Positions 45,320-54,465 of a stretch of DNA of 64,000 nt are shown here, one piece after another. A program made the position numbers and the translations under genes. The stretch is from Acidimicrobiia bacterium (GTDB lineage Bacteria; Actinomycetota; Acidimicrobiia; Spongiisociales; UBA5794), in the NCBI GenBank assembly GCA_041581135.1, contig JBFGCM010000002.1, positions 7,307 through 71,306 on the forward strand. Direction: 5' to 3'. The notes beneath the pieces were generated by a model. It saw only the letters and a list, made by a program, of their open reading frames with translations. It was not told the DNA's origin and made no database searches. The first letter of the stretch is position 1, and the number at the start of each line of letters is the position of its first letter.

Positions 45320-45967
45320 ATGTTCCCGCCCGTGAGAGTGGGGAGAACCTCGTTGGTCCGTGCCATAGCCCGCGGCGGCGTGCCGCTGGCCGTCGTCGCG
45401 CTCGTCACGGCGCCCAGCTCGGTGGCGTTGGCCCACGAGGGCCAGGTGATCCGCCTCGGATCGTTCCTTGCAGGTCTCACCCACCCGGTCCTGGGGCTGG
45501 ATCACCTCCTCGCCATGCTGGCGGTCGGCATCGTCAGTGCCCAGATCGGCGGCAAGGCCATCTGGACCGTGCCGGGTACGTTCGTTGTGGTCATGGCCGT
45601 CGGCGGCCTGATCGGGCGCGCCGATCCGGGGCTCGGAGCCTCGGTCATCGAATACGGCATCGCGGCGTCGGTCATCCTGCTCGGCATCGTGATCGCCGTG
45701 GAACGCAACCTGGCCATCGGCGCGGCGATGATGGTGGTCGGCGTCTTCGCCATGTTTCACGGCTACGCCCACGGGAAAGAGATCCCGACCGTGGCCCGCC
45801 CCATGCTCTACGCCTTCGGCTTCCTGACCGGCACCGCCTTGATCCACCTGAGCGGCGTCGTCATCGGCGACATCTCCAAGCGGTATCGGGCCGGCCGCGT
45901 CGTGTTACGGCTCGGCGGAGTGGCCATCAGCCTGCTCGGCGTCGGGTTCGTGGTCGGTGTCCTGTGA
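45320..45967 (+). CDS. hupE: HupE/UreJ-family Ni/Co permease
   Basis: Signal peptide ending ...SSVALA, then HEGQ (mature N-terminal His), then GLTHPVLGLDHLLAMLAVG and a second HG motif (FHGYAHG). Confidence 0.75.
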   Translation: MFPPVRVGRTSLVRAIARGGVPLAVVALVTAPSSVALAHEGQVIRLGSFLAGLTHPVLGLDHLLAMLAVGIVSAQIGGKAIWTVPGTFVVVMAVGGLIGRADPGLGASVIEYGIAASVILLGIVIAVERNLAIGAAMMVVGVFAMFHGYAHGKEIPTVARPMLYAFGFLTGTALIHLSGVVIGDISKRYRAGRVVLRLGGVAISLLGVGFVVGVL

Positions 45968-46587
45968 GCAGCACGAAGGGCATCTCCAAAGACGATCGCC
46001 GCAAGCTGATCGCGCTCCAGACCGGCGCCGTCGTCTTCACGGTGCTGGCGGCCTCGGCACTGCACTTCGCTTACGAGCTGAGCGGGTTCTGGACACCGAT
46101 GGCCCTGATCGGGTCGGTGAACGAGAGCACGTATGAGCACCTCAAGCTGTTCTTCTGGCCGGGCTTGTTGTATGCCCTCGTGCAGCACGCCTACGTCAAG
46201 GATTTCACCAACAACTACTGGATCGCCAAGGCCCTCGCGCTGATCATCGCACCGGTCGTGCTGATCGCTACGTTCTACTTCTATCTGGGCATCGCACTGC
46301 CCATCTACGGGCACGGATTCCTGTGGGCAGACATCACCACCGGCGTGATCGGCACGGTGGTGGGCGAGTTCGTGGCCTACCGCCTCATGCTTCGGGCGCC
46401 GCTGCAGCTGCGGTGGCGCCGCCTGGCGGCGCCGCTCCTCGTCGGATTGACGGTGATGTTCGCCACCCTCACCTGGTTCCCGCCGCGCATGTTCCTCTTC
46501 GAGAACTTCTACGGATACGAATACTCGGGCGAACACGGCATCTTGGAGGACTACACGCCGTACCTGGTGTTCACGACGGAGCCATGA
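45964..46587 (+). CDS. Hypothetical polytopic membrane protein
   Basis: GTG at 45964 overlaps the hupE stop. 207 aa, 5-6 TM segments. Confidence 0.5.
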   Translation: MSSTKGISKDDRRKLIALQTGAVVFTVLAASALHFAYELSGFWTPMALIGSVNESTYEHLKLFFWPGLLYALVQHAYVKDFTNNYWIAKALALIIAPVVLIATFYFYLGIALPIYGHGFLWADITTGVIGTVVGEFVAYRLMLRAPLQLRWRRLAAPLLVGLTVMFATLTWFPPRMFLFENFYGYEYSGEHGILEDYTPYLVFTTEP

Positions 46588-46988
46588 CCCGCTTGCTCGC
46601 TCTGATCTGACCACCATCGGCGTGGTATCTCCTCGCCCTGCACGGCCTGCACAACCGTCGCAACCAGTTCATCGAAGCGGTCTTCGCACCCCACCCGTTG
46701 GAGTGGATACGCGCGATGGAGGCGAGATGGGGAGAGCGCCTCGCCGACATCGAGCACGGCACGGCCCCGCCTCGCCGTGGTGGCTCCCGGTACCTTCGCC
46801 GAGTTGCGCCGGTGCATCGGTTCTGCCGAGCCCGCCCCGAGCGTCAGCCGGCTGAAGGTGCCCCGCCGAGTCGACGATCGGGTGCAGCTGCTCATCGCCG
46901 CGGTGATGGCAACGAGCGACTGAGTCTCGGGAACCCATCGCCGCCCTCCTTCCGTCAAAGCCCCACGACGGCGACGAGGGAGAAAACG

Positions 46989-48050
46989 ATGCGACGCTTC
47001 ATCACAGTGATCGGAATGGCTCTGGTAGCCACACTTCTGGCCGCACCTGCCGCGATGGCGTGCGGCTTCTTGGTATCCGCCAACGGCTCGGTGAAGCTCG
47101 ATCGCACCACGACGTTCGTGGCCTGGGAGGACGGTATCGAGCACTACATCACCAACTTCGAGTTCCAGGGCCCGGCAGAATCGTTCGGCACGATCATCCC
47201 GCTCCCTGCAGAGCCGATCGATGTGAAACGGGCCGGTGACTGGACCCTGCAGAGGCTGCAGTTGGAGGTACGGCCGCCGCTGCTGGAGGCAGGCCTACTG
47301 AGAAGCGCGACGTTCGCGGTCGCCGACGGTGCCGAGGTGGTGTTCCGCACCCAGATCGACTCGCTCGACGTGGTGGTGCTGAAGGGCGGGGGTGACGACG
47401 TGCTCGCCTGGGTCAACGAGAACGGTTTCAACTTGCCGCCCGGACCCGAGACCGACCACATGCTCGACTACTACGGAAGTCGTTCGCCGTACTTCTTGGC
47501 CGCCCGCTTCGACGCCGACGCTGCAGCGGAGGACGACTTCGCGGCCGGCGACGGCATCCCGGTGCAGATCACCATTCCGACTCCGCGTCCGTGGGTTCCG
47601 CTCCACATCCTCCACGGGGCGACACCCGACACCGACATCATTCGTGCCGACGTGTTCCTCCTCACACCGGAGCGTCCCGATCTGCTCTACGGCGAAGGCC
47701 TGAGCATCAAGCGATCCGAGTGGGCGAACAACCTGCTCCTGGACGACCTGCGGTCGGACGACAACATGGAGTGGGTGCCCGAGCGCGGTTGGTTCACCCA
47801 CCTTGAATTGGAGGTCGAGGCACAGGATCTGGTCTACGACCTGTCGGTGGGCGTTGGTGACGTGTCGCCTTCGTTCGTTGATGCCGGCCTCGCATACCGC
47901 GAGCTCACGCCGGGGCAGATCGAGATGATGGGATTCGAGCCGACCGACCCGAACCGCGGACTGCGGCTCCTCACCGCGGGTCTGCTGATCGCCATCGTCG
48001 GTGGACTGCTCGGGGGCAAGCTCGCATCGGCTGCTCGCGACGACTCCTGA
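46989..48050 (+). CDS. Secreted protein with signal peptide and C-terminal TM anchor (DUF2330-like)
   Basis: MRRFITVIGMALVATLLAAPAAMACGFLVSANG... and a C-terminal LRLLTAGLLIAIVGGLLGG. The upstream in-frame extension is noncoding-looking. Confidence 0.6.
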   Translation: MRRFITVIGMALVATLLAAPAAMACGFLVSANGSVKLDRTTTFVAWEDGIEHYITNFEFQGPAESFGTIIPLPAEPIDVKRAGDWTLQRLQLEVRPPLLEAGLLRSATFAVADGAEVVFRTQIDSLDVVVLKGGGDDVLAWVNENGFNLPPGPETDHMLDYYGSRSPYFLAARFDADAAAEDDFAAGDGIPVQITIPTPRPWVPLHILHGATPDTDIIRADVFLLTPERPDLLYGEGLSIKRSEWANNLLLDDLRSDDNMEWVPERGWFTHLELEVEAQDLVYDLSVGVGDVSPSFVDAGLAYRELTPGQIEMMGFEPTDPNRGLRLLTAGLLIAIVGGLLGGKLASAARDDS

Positions 48051-48118
48051 CCGATCCGGGGCGGGGTGCCGCCGGCACCCCACCCGGTTAGCCCCGGGCC
48101 GCGGGTAGCGTCACCGCC

Positions 48119-48451
48119 ATGACCGACCCGGAACGCACCTCCAAGGCCGTCGAGCTGATCGGCTCCATGGGATGGGAAGCCATGCCCTACGGCTGCGTCG
48201 GCATGTCGAGACCCAAGAAGATCTCTGAGAGCCGCACCGTGTGGTCGTGGCTCGTCCTGGTGCCGTGGGCCGTCAACGACACGAAACCGTGGATCGACGG
48301 CACCGAACTCATCGATCGACCGATGAGCGCAGCGGCGCAGAAGGACCACGTCCTCGGCGTGATGCGTGAGGCCCTCGACACCCGATACGGCGAGACGTAC
48401 GGATCGAGAGCCGTCGATGACTTCCTGAGAGAGATCCAAGGCGAGGACTGA
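48119..48451 (+). CDS. Hypothetical small protein
   Basis: 110-aa ORF with good GC3 bias. Confidence 0.4.
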   Translation: MTDPERTSKAVELIGSMGWEAMPYGCVGMSRPKKISESRTVWSWLVLVPWAVNDTKPWIDGTELIDRPMSAAAQKDHVLGVMREALDTRYGETYGSRAVDDFLREIQGED

Positions 48452-48525
48452 GCGGCGCCGCCGGCGACGGCGTAGCCCGGCAATCTGGCATCTCACCCCG
48501 TGCGACCGCACGGTCAGCCGTGGCG

Positions 48526-48819
48526 TCAGCCGGGGCCGTGGGCGTGGCCGGCCTGGACCACGAACTTGGTACCGAGCAAGGAGCGTTTGGCATCGACGAC
48601 GAGATCGGCCGCCCACTTCCGCAGGTTGCTCGGGATGAGGAACTCGACGTCCTCGTGGGCGAGCGCCTGATACGGCGCCAGGTCCTTACCTTTGGTGTTG
48701 GTGTCGACCGACACCTCGGCGGGCTTGCCTCAGCCCACGGGCTTGATGAAGTCGAGGGCGATCTTGCCGCCTTTGCGACGGGCGAGGTCCAGCGCGGCTT
48801 CGGTGACGGTGACTCTCAT
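48526..48819 (-). CDS. Candidate selenoprotein: an IscA/HesB-like small protein with an in-frame TGA (plus-strand coordinates 48730-48732) at the position of the conserved IscA Cys, followed by a SECIS-like hairpin
   Basis: Minus-strand translation is MRVTVTEAALDLARRKGGKIALDFIKPVG-[TGA]-GKPAEVSVDTNTKGKDL...FVVQAGHAHGPG*. The N-terminus parallels IscA (ITLSDSAAARV...LRLGVRTSGCSG). The mRNA 3' of UGA reads GGCAAGCCCGCC-GA-GGUGUC-GGUC-GACACC, a 6-bp stem with a GGUC tetraloop. The ORF track shows only the 62-aa part downstream of the TGA. Confidence 0.5.
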
Positions 48820-48871
48820 CGTGGTGGGAACGCTAACCGACCCTCGGAAGATTCCACACTGCGGTCCCGGC

Positions 48872-50455
48872 TCAGGCCTGGAGATCGCCGAGGATCTGGC
48901 GGGCCGCCAGCCGGCCGGGAGCCCCCATCACGCAGCCGCCGGGATGGGTACCCGAGCCGCACTGGTAGTAGCCGTTGATGGGGGTGCGGTACTGGTTCCA
49001 TCCGGGTGCGGGCCGGAAGAGGAACATCTGCGGCGTGAGGAATTCGGCGGCGAAGATGTTGCCCTCGGTGAGGCCCACCGTGCGTTCGATGTCGAGCGGC
49101 GTCACCACCTCACGGTGGATGACGAGGTCGCCGAAACCGGGGAAGAACGATTCGATGGTGTCCTGCACGGTGTCGCCCAGGTTGTCCCGTTCGGTGTCCC
49201 AATCGCTGTCGGCCAGCTCGTACGGGGCGTACTGGATGAAGCACGACATGATGTGCTTGCCGGGTGGCGCCATGTCCGGGTCGAGCATGGTCTGCACGCA
49301 GGCATCGATGAAGGGCCGCGTGCTGAAGTGCCCGTACTTGGCATCGTCGAAGGCTCGCTCCAAGTAGTCCATCGACGGCCCGATGTTGATGAATCCTCGG
49401 TAGATGTCGGTGCGACCGTCAAGCGCCGGGTAGTTGGGCGGCGCATCGAGGGCGAAGTTGACCTTGGCGGATGTCCCCTGGAACTTGAGGTTGTCGACAG
49501 CGGTGACCAGGTCGGTGGGGAGGTCGCGTGGATCCACGAACTGGGTGAACGTGCGACGCGGATCCAGGGCGCTGACGACCGTGGAGGCGTACAGCTCCTC
49601 GCCGCTGTCGAGCGCCACGCCGGCCGCCTCGCCGTCCTTCACGATCACCTCTGACACGGACGCCTCGAGCCGGATCTCGGCACCGAACGCCTGCGCCGCC
49701 CTGCCTACCGCCTGGGTGAACCCTCCGTTGCCGCCCTTGTGGAATCCCCATTCGCCGAACACGCCGTCGATCTCACCCAGCTTGTGAAACAGCAGCACCA
49801 AACCAGAGCCTTGGGATCGAGGCCCCACCTTGGACCCGATGATGCTGCTGGAAGCCAGCATCCCCTTGACGACATCCGATTCGAAGTACTCGTCGAGGAT
49901 GTCTGCGGCGCTCCCGCTGATGAGCCGCACCAGCATGTGGAGCACGGCCGGATCGAGGCTCCGCAGGTGACCCGCCAGCTTGGCCATGCGGGCCAGCTCG
50001 GCCGGGTCGTCGCTGACCACGTTGGGTGGCACTTCGTCGAGCAGCGGCTTCACCGCTTGGCACACCCGATCCATGATGGTGTTGTAGTCGTGGTAGGCCT
50101 CGGCGTCGTGCTTGGAGTGGCGGGCGATCTCGTGGTAGTTCTCCCCGGCGTCGGGCCCCAGCAGCAGGTAGTCGCCGTTCTCCATCGGGTTGAACGTGGT
50201 CGGCATCGGGATCACCATCATCCCGTGCTTCACCAGCTCGAGGTCGTGGACGATGTCGGGGCGCAGCAAGCTGAGCGCATACGAGAACGTCGTGAAGTGG
50301 AAACCCGGAATCAGCTCCTCGGTGAGCGCGGCGCCGCCGATGACGCCGCGCCGCTCCAACACGACGGTGTTGAGTCCGGCTCGCGCCAGGTAGGCGGCGT
50401 TCACCAGGCCGTTGTGCCCGCCGCCGATGACGATGACGTCGTAGGTGTTGGTCAT
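48872..50455 (-). CDS. FAD-dependent oxidoreductase of the phytoene-desaturase (CrtI) / amine-oxidase-like family
   Basis: ATG at 50455 (MTNTYDVIVIGGGHNGLVNAAYLARAG... dinucleotide-binding motif). 527 aa, CrtI-like throughout. The upstream 120 codons of ORF 48872..50815 look non-coding. Confidence 0.75.
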   Translation of the reverse strand: MTNTYDVIVIGGGHNGLVNAAYLARAGLNTVVLERRGVIGGAALTEELIPGFHFTTFSYALSLLRPDIVHDLELVKHGMMVIPMPTTFNPMENGDYLLLGPDAGENYHEIARHSKHDAEAYHDYNTIMDRVCQAVKPLLDEVPPNVVSDDPAELARMAKLAGHLRSLDPAVLHMLVRLISGSAADILDEYFESDVVKGMLASSSIIGSKVGPRSQGSGLVLLFHKLGEIDGVFGEWGFHKGGNGGFTQAVGRAAQAFGAEIRLEASVSEVIVKDGEAAGVALDSGEELYASTVVSALDPRRTFTQFVDPRDLPTDLVTAVDNLKFQGTSAKVNFALDAPPNYPALDGRTDIYRGFINIGPSMDYLERAFDDAKYGHFSTRPFIDACVQTMLDPDMAPPGKHIMSCFIQYAPYELADSDWDTERDNLGDTVQDTIESFFPGFGDLVIHREVVTPLDIERTVGLTEGNIFAAEFLTPQMFLFRPAPGWNQYRTPINGYYQCGSGTHPGGCVMGAPGRLAARQILGDLQA

Positions 50456-51681
50456 GTGCTTCCTCCGCCCAGGTCGGCAGTCTTGCGTGCCGGGTCGTAG
50501 AACGGCGTCTTCACCACCTGTGCCGGCACGTACTTGGGGCGGTGCGCCACCATCAGTTCCAACCACACCTCGGTGCCGGGTGCGGCGCGATCGAGTGGGA
50601 TCTTGGCGAGTCCGATGTGACGCTTCAGCAGCGGCGAGAACATGAAGCTCGACACGTACCCGACGTACCGGGCACCGGCGTCGGCATTGAAGTCTCGGTC
50701 GTAGAGGCTCAGCGTGTGGTCCACGTAGACGCCTTCTTTGGGGGCAATGAGACCCTCCTCGTTGTAGAGGCGCTCGTAGGCGGCCGGGTCCACCTGGATG
50801 CCCACCGTCTTCCACCGCGACGTTCCCTGTCCGCGTTCCCGCCGGTGAGCGAGGCGCCCGATGTAGGCACGGTCGTCGTCGCCGCCGAGCATCCAGCCCA
50901 GGCCCAGCTCGATCGGCGTTTCGCGGAACGCGTCCGTCCAGGCATGTCGCGCCGAGTCATAGTCGACGTCGATCAGCAGCATGCCGGCATCGAGGCGTGC
51001 CATCGCCAGGGCCTGCATCCCGATGGGGGTGAGCTGGTAGTCGGCGCCGGCCTCGAGCACGGCGTCGCACACCGCGATGGCGTCCCGGGACCGCACCCAC
51101 ACCTCGTAGCCGAGATCGCCGGTGAATCCGGTACGCGACACGGTGACGGACCGGCGATCGATGTCGGTGTCAACCAGCCCGAAGTAGGCAAGCGCAGACG
51201 GCGCCGGCGTGAGCCGATCGAGCACGTCGGCGGCGTGGGGACCCTGGATGGCGAGGATGCCGTAGTCGTCGGACGTGTCGATGATGTCCACCTTGCGGTC
51301 TCCCAGCAGGCGTGACAGGTAGGCCAAATTCGGTTCGGCCGTCGTCAGCAAGTACTCGTCATCTCCCGTGCGAAGCACAACGCCGTCCTCGAGCACGTAG
51401 CCGCCGTCGTCGCACCAGACCGTGTAGTGCGCCTGCCCCACATCGCAGGTGCGGATGTCGCGGGTGAGCACTCCTGCCAAGAACTGCGTCGCATCGGGTC
51501 CGGCGATGCGGTACTTGAACAGCGGCGACGTGTCGAACAGCGCCACGGAATTGCGGGTGGCCAAGTACTCGAACGGCACCGAGTGCTGGTACTTGTCCGC
51601 CACCAGATACCCCGCCCAGTGATGCCAGAGGTGGGTCTGGTTGAGTGGTGCCAGGCGCTCATGGAACGGCGTGGTCCGCAT
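50452..51681 (-). CDS. Aminomethyltransferase (GcvT) family protein, folate-binding
   Basis: ATG at 51681 (MRTTPFHERLAPLNQ...). GcvT-like domains throughout, including ...ILAIQGP... and C-terminal barrel motifs. Confidence 0.7.
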   Translation of the reverse strand: MRTTPFHERLAPLNQTHLWHHWAGYLVADKYQHSVPFEYLATRNSVALFDTSPLFKYRIAGPDATQFLAGVLTRDIRTCDVGQAHYTVWCDDGGYVLEDGVVLRTGDDEYLLTTAEPNLAYLSRLLGDRKVDIIDTSDDYGILAIQGPHAADVLDRLTPAPSALAYFGLVDTDIDRRSVTVSRTGFTGDLGYEVWVRSRDAIAVCDAVLEAGADYQLTPIGMQALAMARLDAGMLLIDVDYDSARHAWTDAFRETPIELGLGWMLGGDDDRAYIGRLAHRRERGQGTSRWKTVGIQVDPAAYERLYNEEGLIAPKEGVYVDHTLSLYDRDFNADAGARYVGYVSSFMFSPLLKRHIGLAKIPLDRAAPGTEVWLELMVAHRPKYVPAQVVKTPFYDPARKTADLGGGST

Positions 51682-51833
51682 CGTTGCGCCGACAGTAGCG
51701 GGGCTGCGGCTGCGCCGACCGTCGGCGGGGCACTGCCCCGGCGCTACGCCACGACCGCGTGCGGGCGCCACAACCGCGGCAGATTGCGTAGCTTTGGGTC
51801 ATGCCCCGAAGGGGGCGAAGGGAGGAATTGACC

Positions 51834-53126
51834 ATGCGAATGACACCACGCCTGGTGCTGACGGTCGCGTTCGCCGCCATCCTCGTGGCGCTACCTGCTG
51901 CACAGGCGGGCGCCGGCCACGAGGACGATCCACGCACCAAGAACCTTCACCCGATGGGCCACATCGAGGAACCGGCGAGTCTCATCTATGGACCGCCGAA
52001 CATCCACACTGACATCGCATTCTGGGGCAAGATCGCCTTTCAGGGGAGCTGGCTCGGATTCGACATCCGCGACATCAGCGCACCGGGGAACCCCAAGCAC
52101 GTGTCGTCGACTGTCTGCGAGGGCAACCAGGGTGACGTCGTGGTGTGGGACGACGTGCTGGTTCGATCGTGGAACTCACCGGCGTCTGGCACCCAGGAAT
52201 GTGACGGCAGCACCGTGCCCGCCGGCTTCGAGGGGCTCCACATCTTCGACGTGAGCAATCTCGCGGATCCGGAGCTCGTAGCGGCGGTGGACCTCAGTGA
52301 CGGAGCGATTGCCGGCCGCTGCGGCTCGCACACCGCCACCGGAGTGCCGGACCCGGCCAACAACCGGCTTCTCATCTACAACAACGGCAGCCAATGCGAT
52401 GGCATCGACATCGTCGAGGTTCCTCTGGACGACCCGGCGAGCGCCGTCTACGTGGGGACCGAGCTGGCGGGGCGAGAGTGCCACGACACGGGCGTGATCC
52501 TGGGTGACGCCATGATGGCTGCATGCGCCGGAGACGGCGGCTTCACCGTGTGGACCTTGACCGGACCGGGGTCCCTGGAGGATCCGGACGTGTTGTACTC
52601 GCGCGACATCGACGGGGTCGGCATCGGCCACTCGGCGATATTCACCTACGACGGCGAAGTCATCGTGTTCGGTCACGAACCCGGAGGTGGCGTGGCCGCG
52701 AACTGCCAGGAGACCTCGGCTGTCCTCGACAAGTCGGCGTTGTTCTTCGAAGCGGCCACGGGCGACCTGCTGGGCATGTGGACGCTGCCCCGCCCACAGA
52801 CTGCGAGCGAGAACTGCACGATCCACAACTACAACGTGGTGCCGCTGGCCGACCGGTATGTGCTGGTGAGCGGCAACTACCAATCGGGAACCAGCGTCGT
52901 CGACTTCACGAACCCGGCGAAGGCCGTGGAGCTGGCCTACTCCGATCCGCCGCCTATCGACCCGTTCGACATCGGCGGGGCGTGGTCGTCGTACTGGTAC
53001 AACAACTTCATCTACGAGACGAACATCACCGAAGGCCTGAACATCTTCCGCTTCAGCGGAAAGCAGACGGCCGGTGCATTGAAGCTGGACCACCTGAATC
53101 CACAGACGGTCGAAGACACCCTGTAG
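51834..53126 (+). CDS. Secreted beta-propeller protein (LVIVD-repeat / YncE-like)
   Basis: ATG at 51834 after AAGGGAGGAATTG. Signal peptide MRMTPRLVLTVAFAAILVALPAAQA. Repeated ...VWD/VFD... blades. Confidence 0.6.
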   Translation: MRMTPRLVLTVAFAAILVALPAAQAGAGHEDDPRTKNLHPMGHIEEPASLIYGPPNIHTDIAFWGKIAFQGSWLGFDIRDISAPGNPKHVSSTVCEGNQGDVVVWDDVLVRSWNSPASGTQECDGSTVPAGFEGLHIFDVSNLADPELVAAVDLSDGAIAGRCGSHTATGVPDPANNRLLIYNNGSQCDGIDIVEVPLDDPASAVYVGTELAGRECHDTGVILGDAMMAACAGDGGFTVWTLTGPGSLEDPDVLYSRDIDGVGIGHSAIFTYDGEVIVFGHEPGGGVAANCQETSAVLDKSALFFEAATGDLLGMWTLPRPQTASENCTIHNYNVVPLADRYVLVSGNYQSGTSVVDFTNPAKAVELAYSDPPPIDPFDIGGAWSSYWYNNFIYETNITEGLNIFRFSGKQTAGALKLDHLNPQTVEDTL

Positions 53127-53135
53127 CCGGATCTG

Positions 53136-53168
53136 GAGGGGGCCCGGGACCGCTTCTCGGGCCCCCTC
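53136..53168 (+). terminator. GC-rich 11-bp perfect hairpin GAGGGGGCCCG-(11 nt)-CGGGCCCCCTC, 10 nt after the stop of the beta-propeller gene
   Basis: Seen directly. No T-tract, as is common for high-GC actinobacterial terminators. Confidence 0.5.
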
Positions 53169-53335
53169 GGCTACCTGCCGCTCCGGAGCCCGACGGCTCG
53201 TGACGTCCGGCCCCTGGCCGAGCGACCTTCGAATCGAGACACTGGAGTTACACAGGGGGGACCGCTGGAAGGCGGTCACAGTGGCAGGGATCGCCCAGTG
53301 TGCCCCGGACGCCTCGCACAGGAGGGAACCGGATC

Positions 53336-54376
53336 ATGAGAAGACTCCTCATCGTCTTTGTCGCGCTCGCTCTGGCCATCGGCATGGTGGGCGCAGTACC
53401 GGCAAGTGCCGTCGAGAACCCCGCGGTCGTGGTGGTGTTCGAGCCCGGCGGCATGGACAACCCGTTCAACGCGCTGATCAACGACGGGCTCGACGACGCC
53501 GAGATGGAGCTCGGCTTCGACATCAGCCGCTGGTTCACGGCCGACGACCCCGGCATCGCCCCCGATGTCACAGCCTTGGCCGCGTCCGGTGACTGGGATC
53601 TGATCGTCGGCGCCGGCTTTCGCGTCGTATTGGAGATGGAAGGTGCGGTGGCGGCATACCCCGACCAGCGGTTCACCGCCGTCGACGCCGGCTACGAGAC
53701 CGCCTATCCCAACGTCTCGGCGGTGTTCTTCCTGACCAATGAGCCAGCGTTCATGGCCGGATACGCGGCCGCCGGATTGAGCGCCACCGGGGTGGTCGGC
53801 GTGTACGGCGGCATTCAGTTCCCGGGGGTGACGATCTTCATGGACGGGTATGCGCTCGGAGTCGAGTACTACAACGCCCGACACGGCACCGACGTGCAGG
53901 TGCTGGGGTGGGATCCCCACCTTCAGGAGGGACTGTTCATCAACACGTTCGCCAGCTCGCGTCTGGGCCGGTTCGCCACGATGCAGCTGTTCCGTGATGG
54001 CGCCGACACCGTGTTCTCCGTGGCGGGCGCCTTACCGGCGCTGGGCACGCTCGAGGCGGCCGAGTTCTGGAAGGAACGCGGGCATGACGTACGGGTGATC
54101 CTGCCCGACGTCGACTGGTTCGAGATCGTCGGCGACCCGAACGAGATCCTGTTGACGAGTGTCATCAAGGACTTTGGACTCGGCATCCTGCATCAGATCG
54201 AGGCGCTGCTCGACGGCACGTGGGCGCCCGGGTTCGTCCTGGAGGACCTGGCCTCCGGTGGCGTGGCCATGGCGCCGTACCACGCGCTGGCCGATGACGT
54301 GCCCCGCAGCTTGCAGCGTGAGGTGAGGATGGTGCAGCGCGGCATCATCCGCGGGTTGATCCCGACGCTGCCGTAG
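53336..54376 (+). CDS. BMP-family (PnrA/Med-like) ABC substrate-binding lipoprotein/secreted protein, orphan
   Basis: Signal peptide MRRLLIVFVALALAIGMVGAVPASA. BMP-family fold with ...GAGF... and DGY motifs. No adjacent permease or ATPase. Confidence 0.65.
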   Translation: MRRLLIVFVALALAIGMVGAVPASAVENPAVVVVFEPGGMDNPFNALINDGLDDAEMELGFDISRWFTADDPGIAPDVTALAASGDWDLIVGAGFRVVLEMEGAVAAYPDQRFTAVDAGYETAYPNVSAVFFLTNEPAFMAGYAAAGLSATGVVGVYGGIQFPGVTIFMDGYALGVEYYNARHGTDVQVLGWDPHLQEGLFINTFASSRLGRFATMQLFRDGADTVFSVAGALPALGTLEAAEFWKERGHDVRVILPDVDWFEIVGDPNEILLTSVIKDFGLGILHQIEALLDGTWAPGFVLEDLASGGVAMAPYHALADDVPRSLQREVRMVQRGIIRGLIPTLP

Positions 54377-54465
54377 CGGCAAGTGAGGACCGCACCCGCT
54401 GGAACCCCGGCTGCGGCCTCACCCGGCAAGACACCCGTCGCGTCAGGTACGAACTCCCCTAGCGA

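Noticed and set aside
46590-46988. Possible frameshifted gene or riboswitch in the 400-nt gap upstream of the DUF2330-like gene
   Set aside because: Protein-like stretches appear in two frames, but there is no consistent start, stop or domain, and no recognisable RNA motif. The evidence is insufficient.
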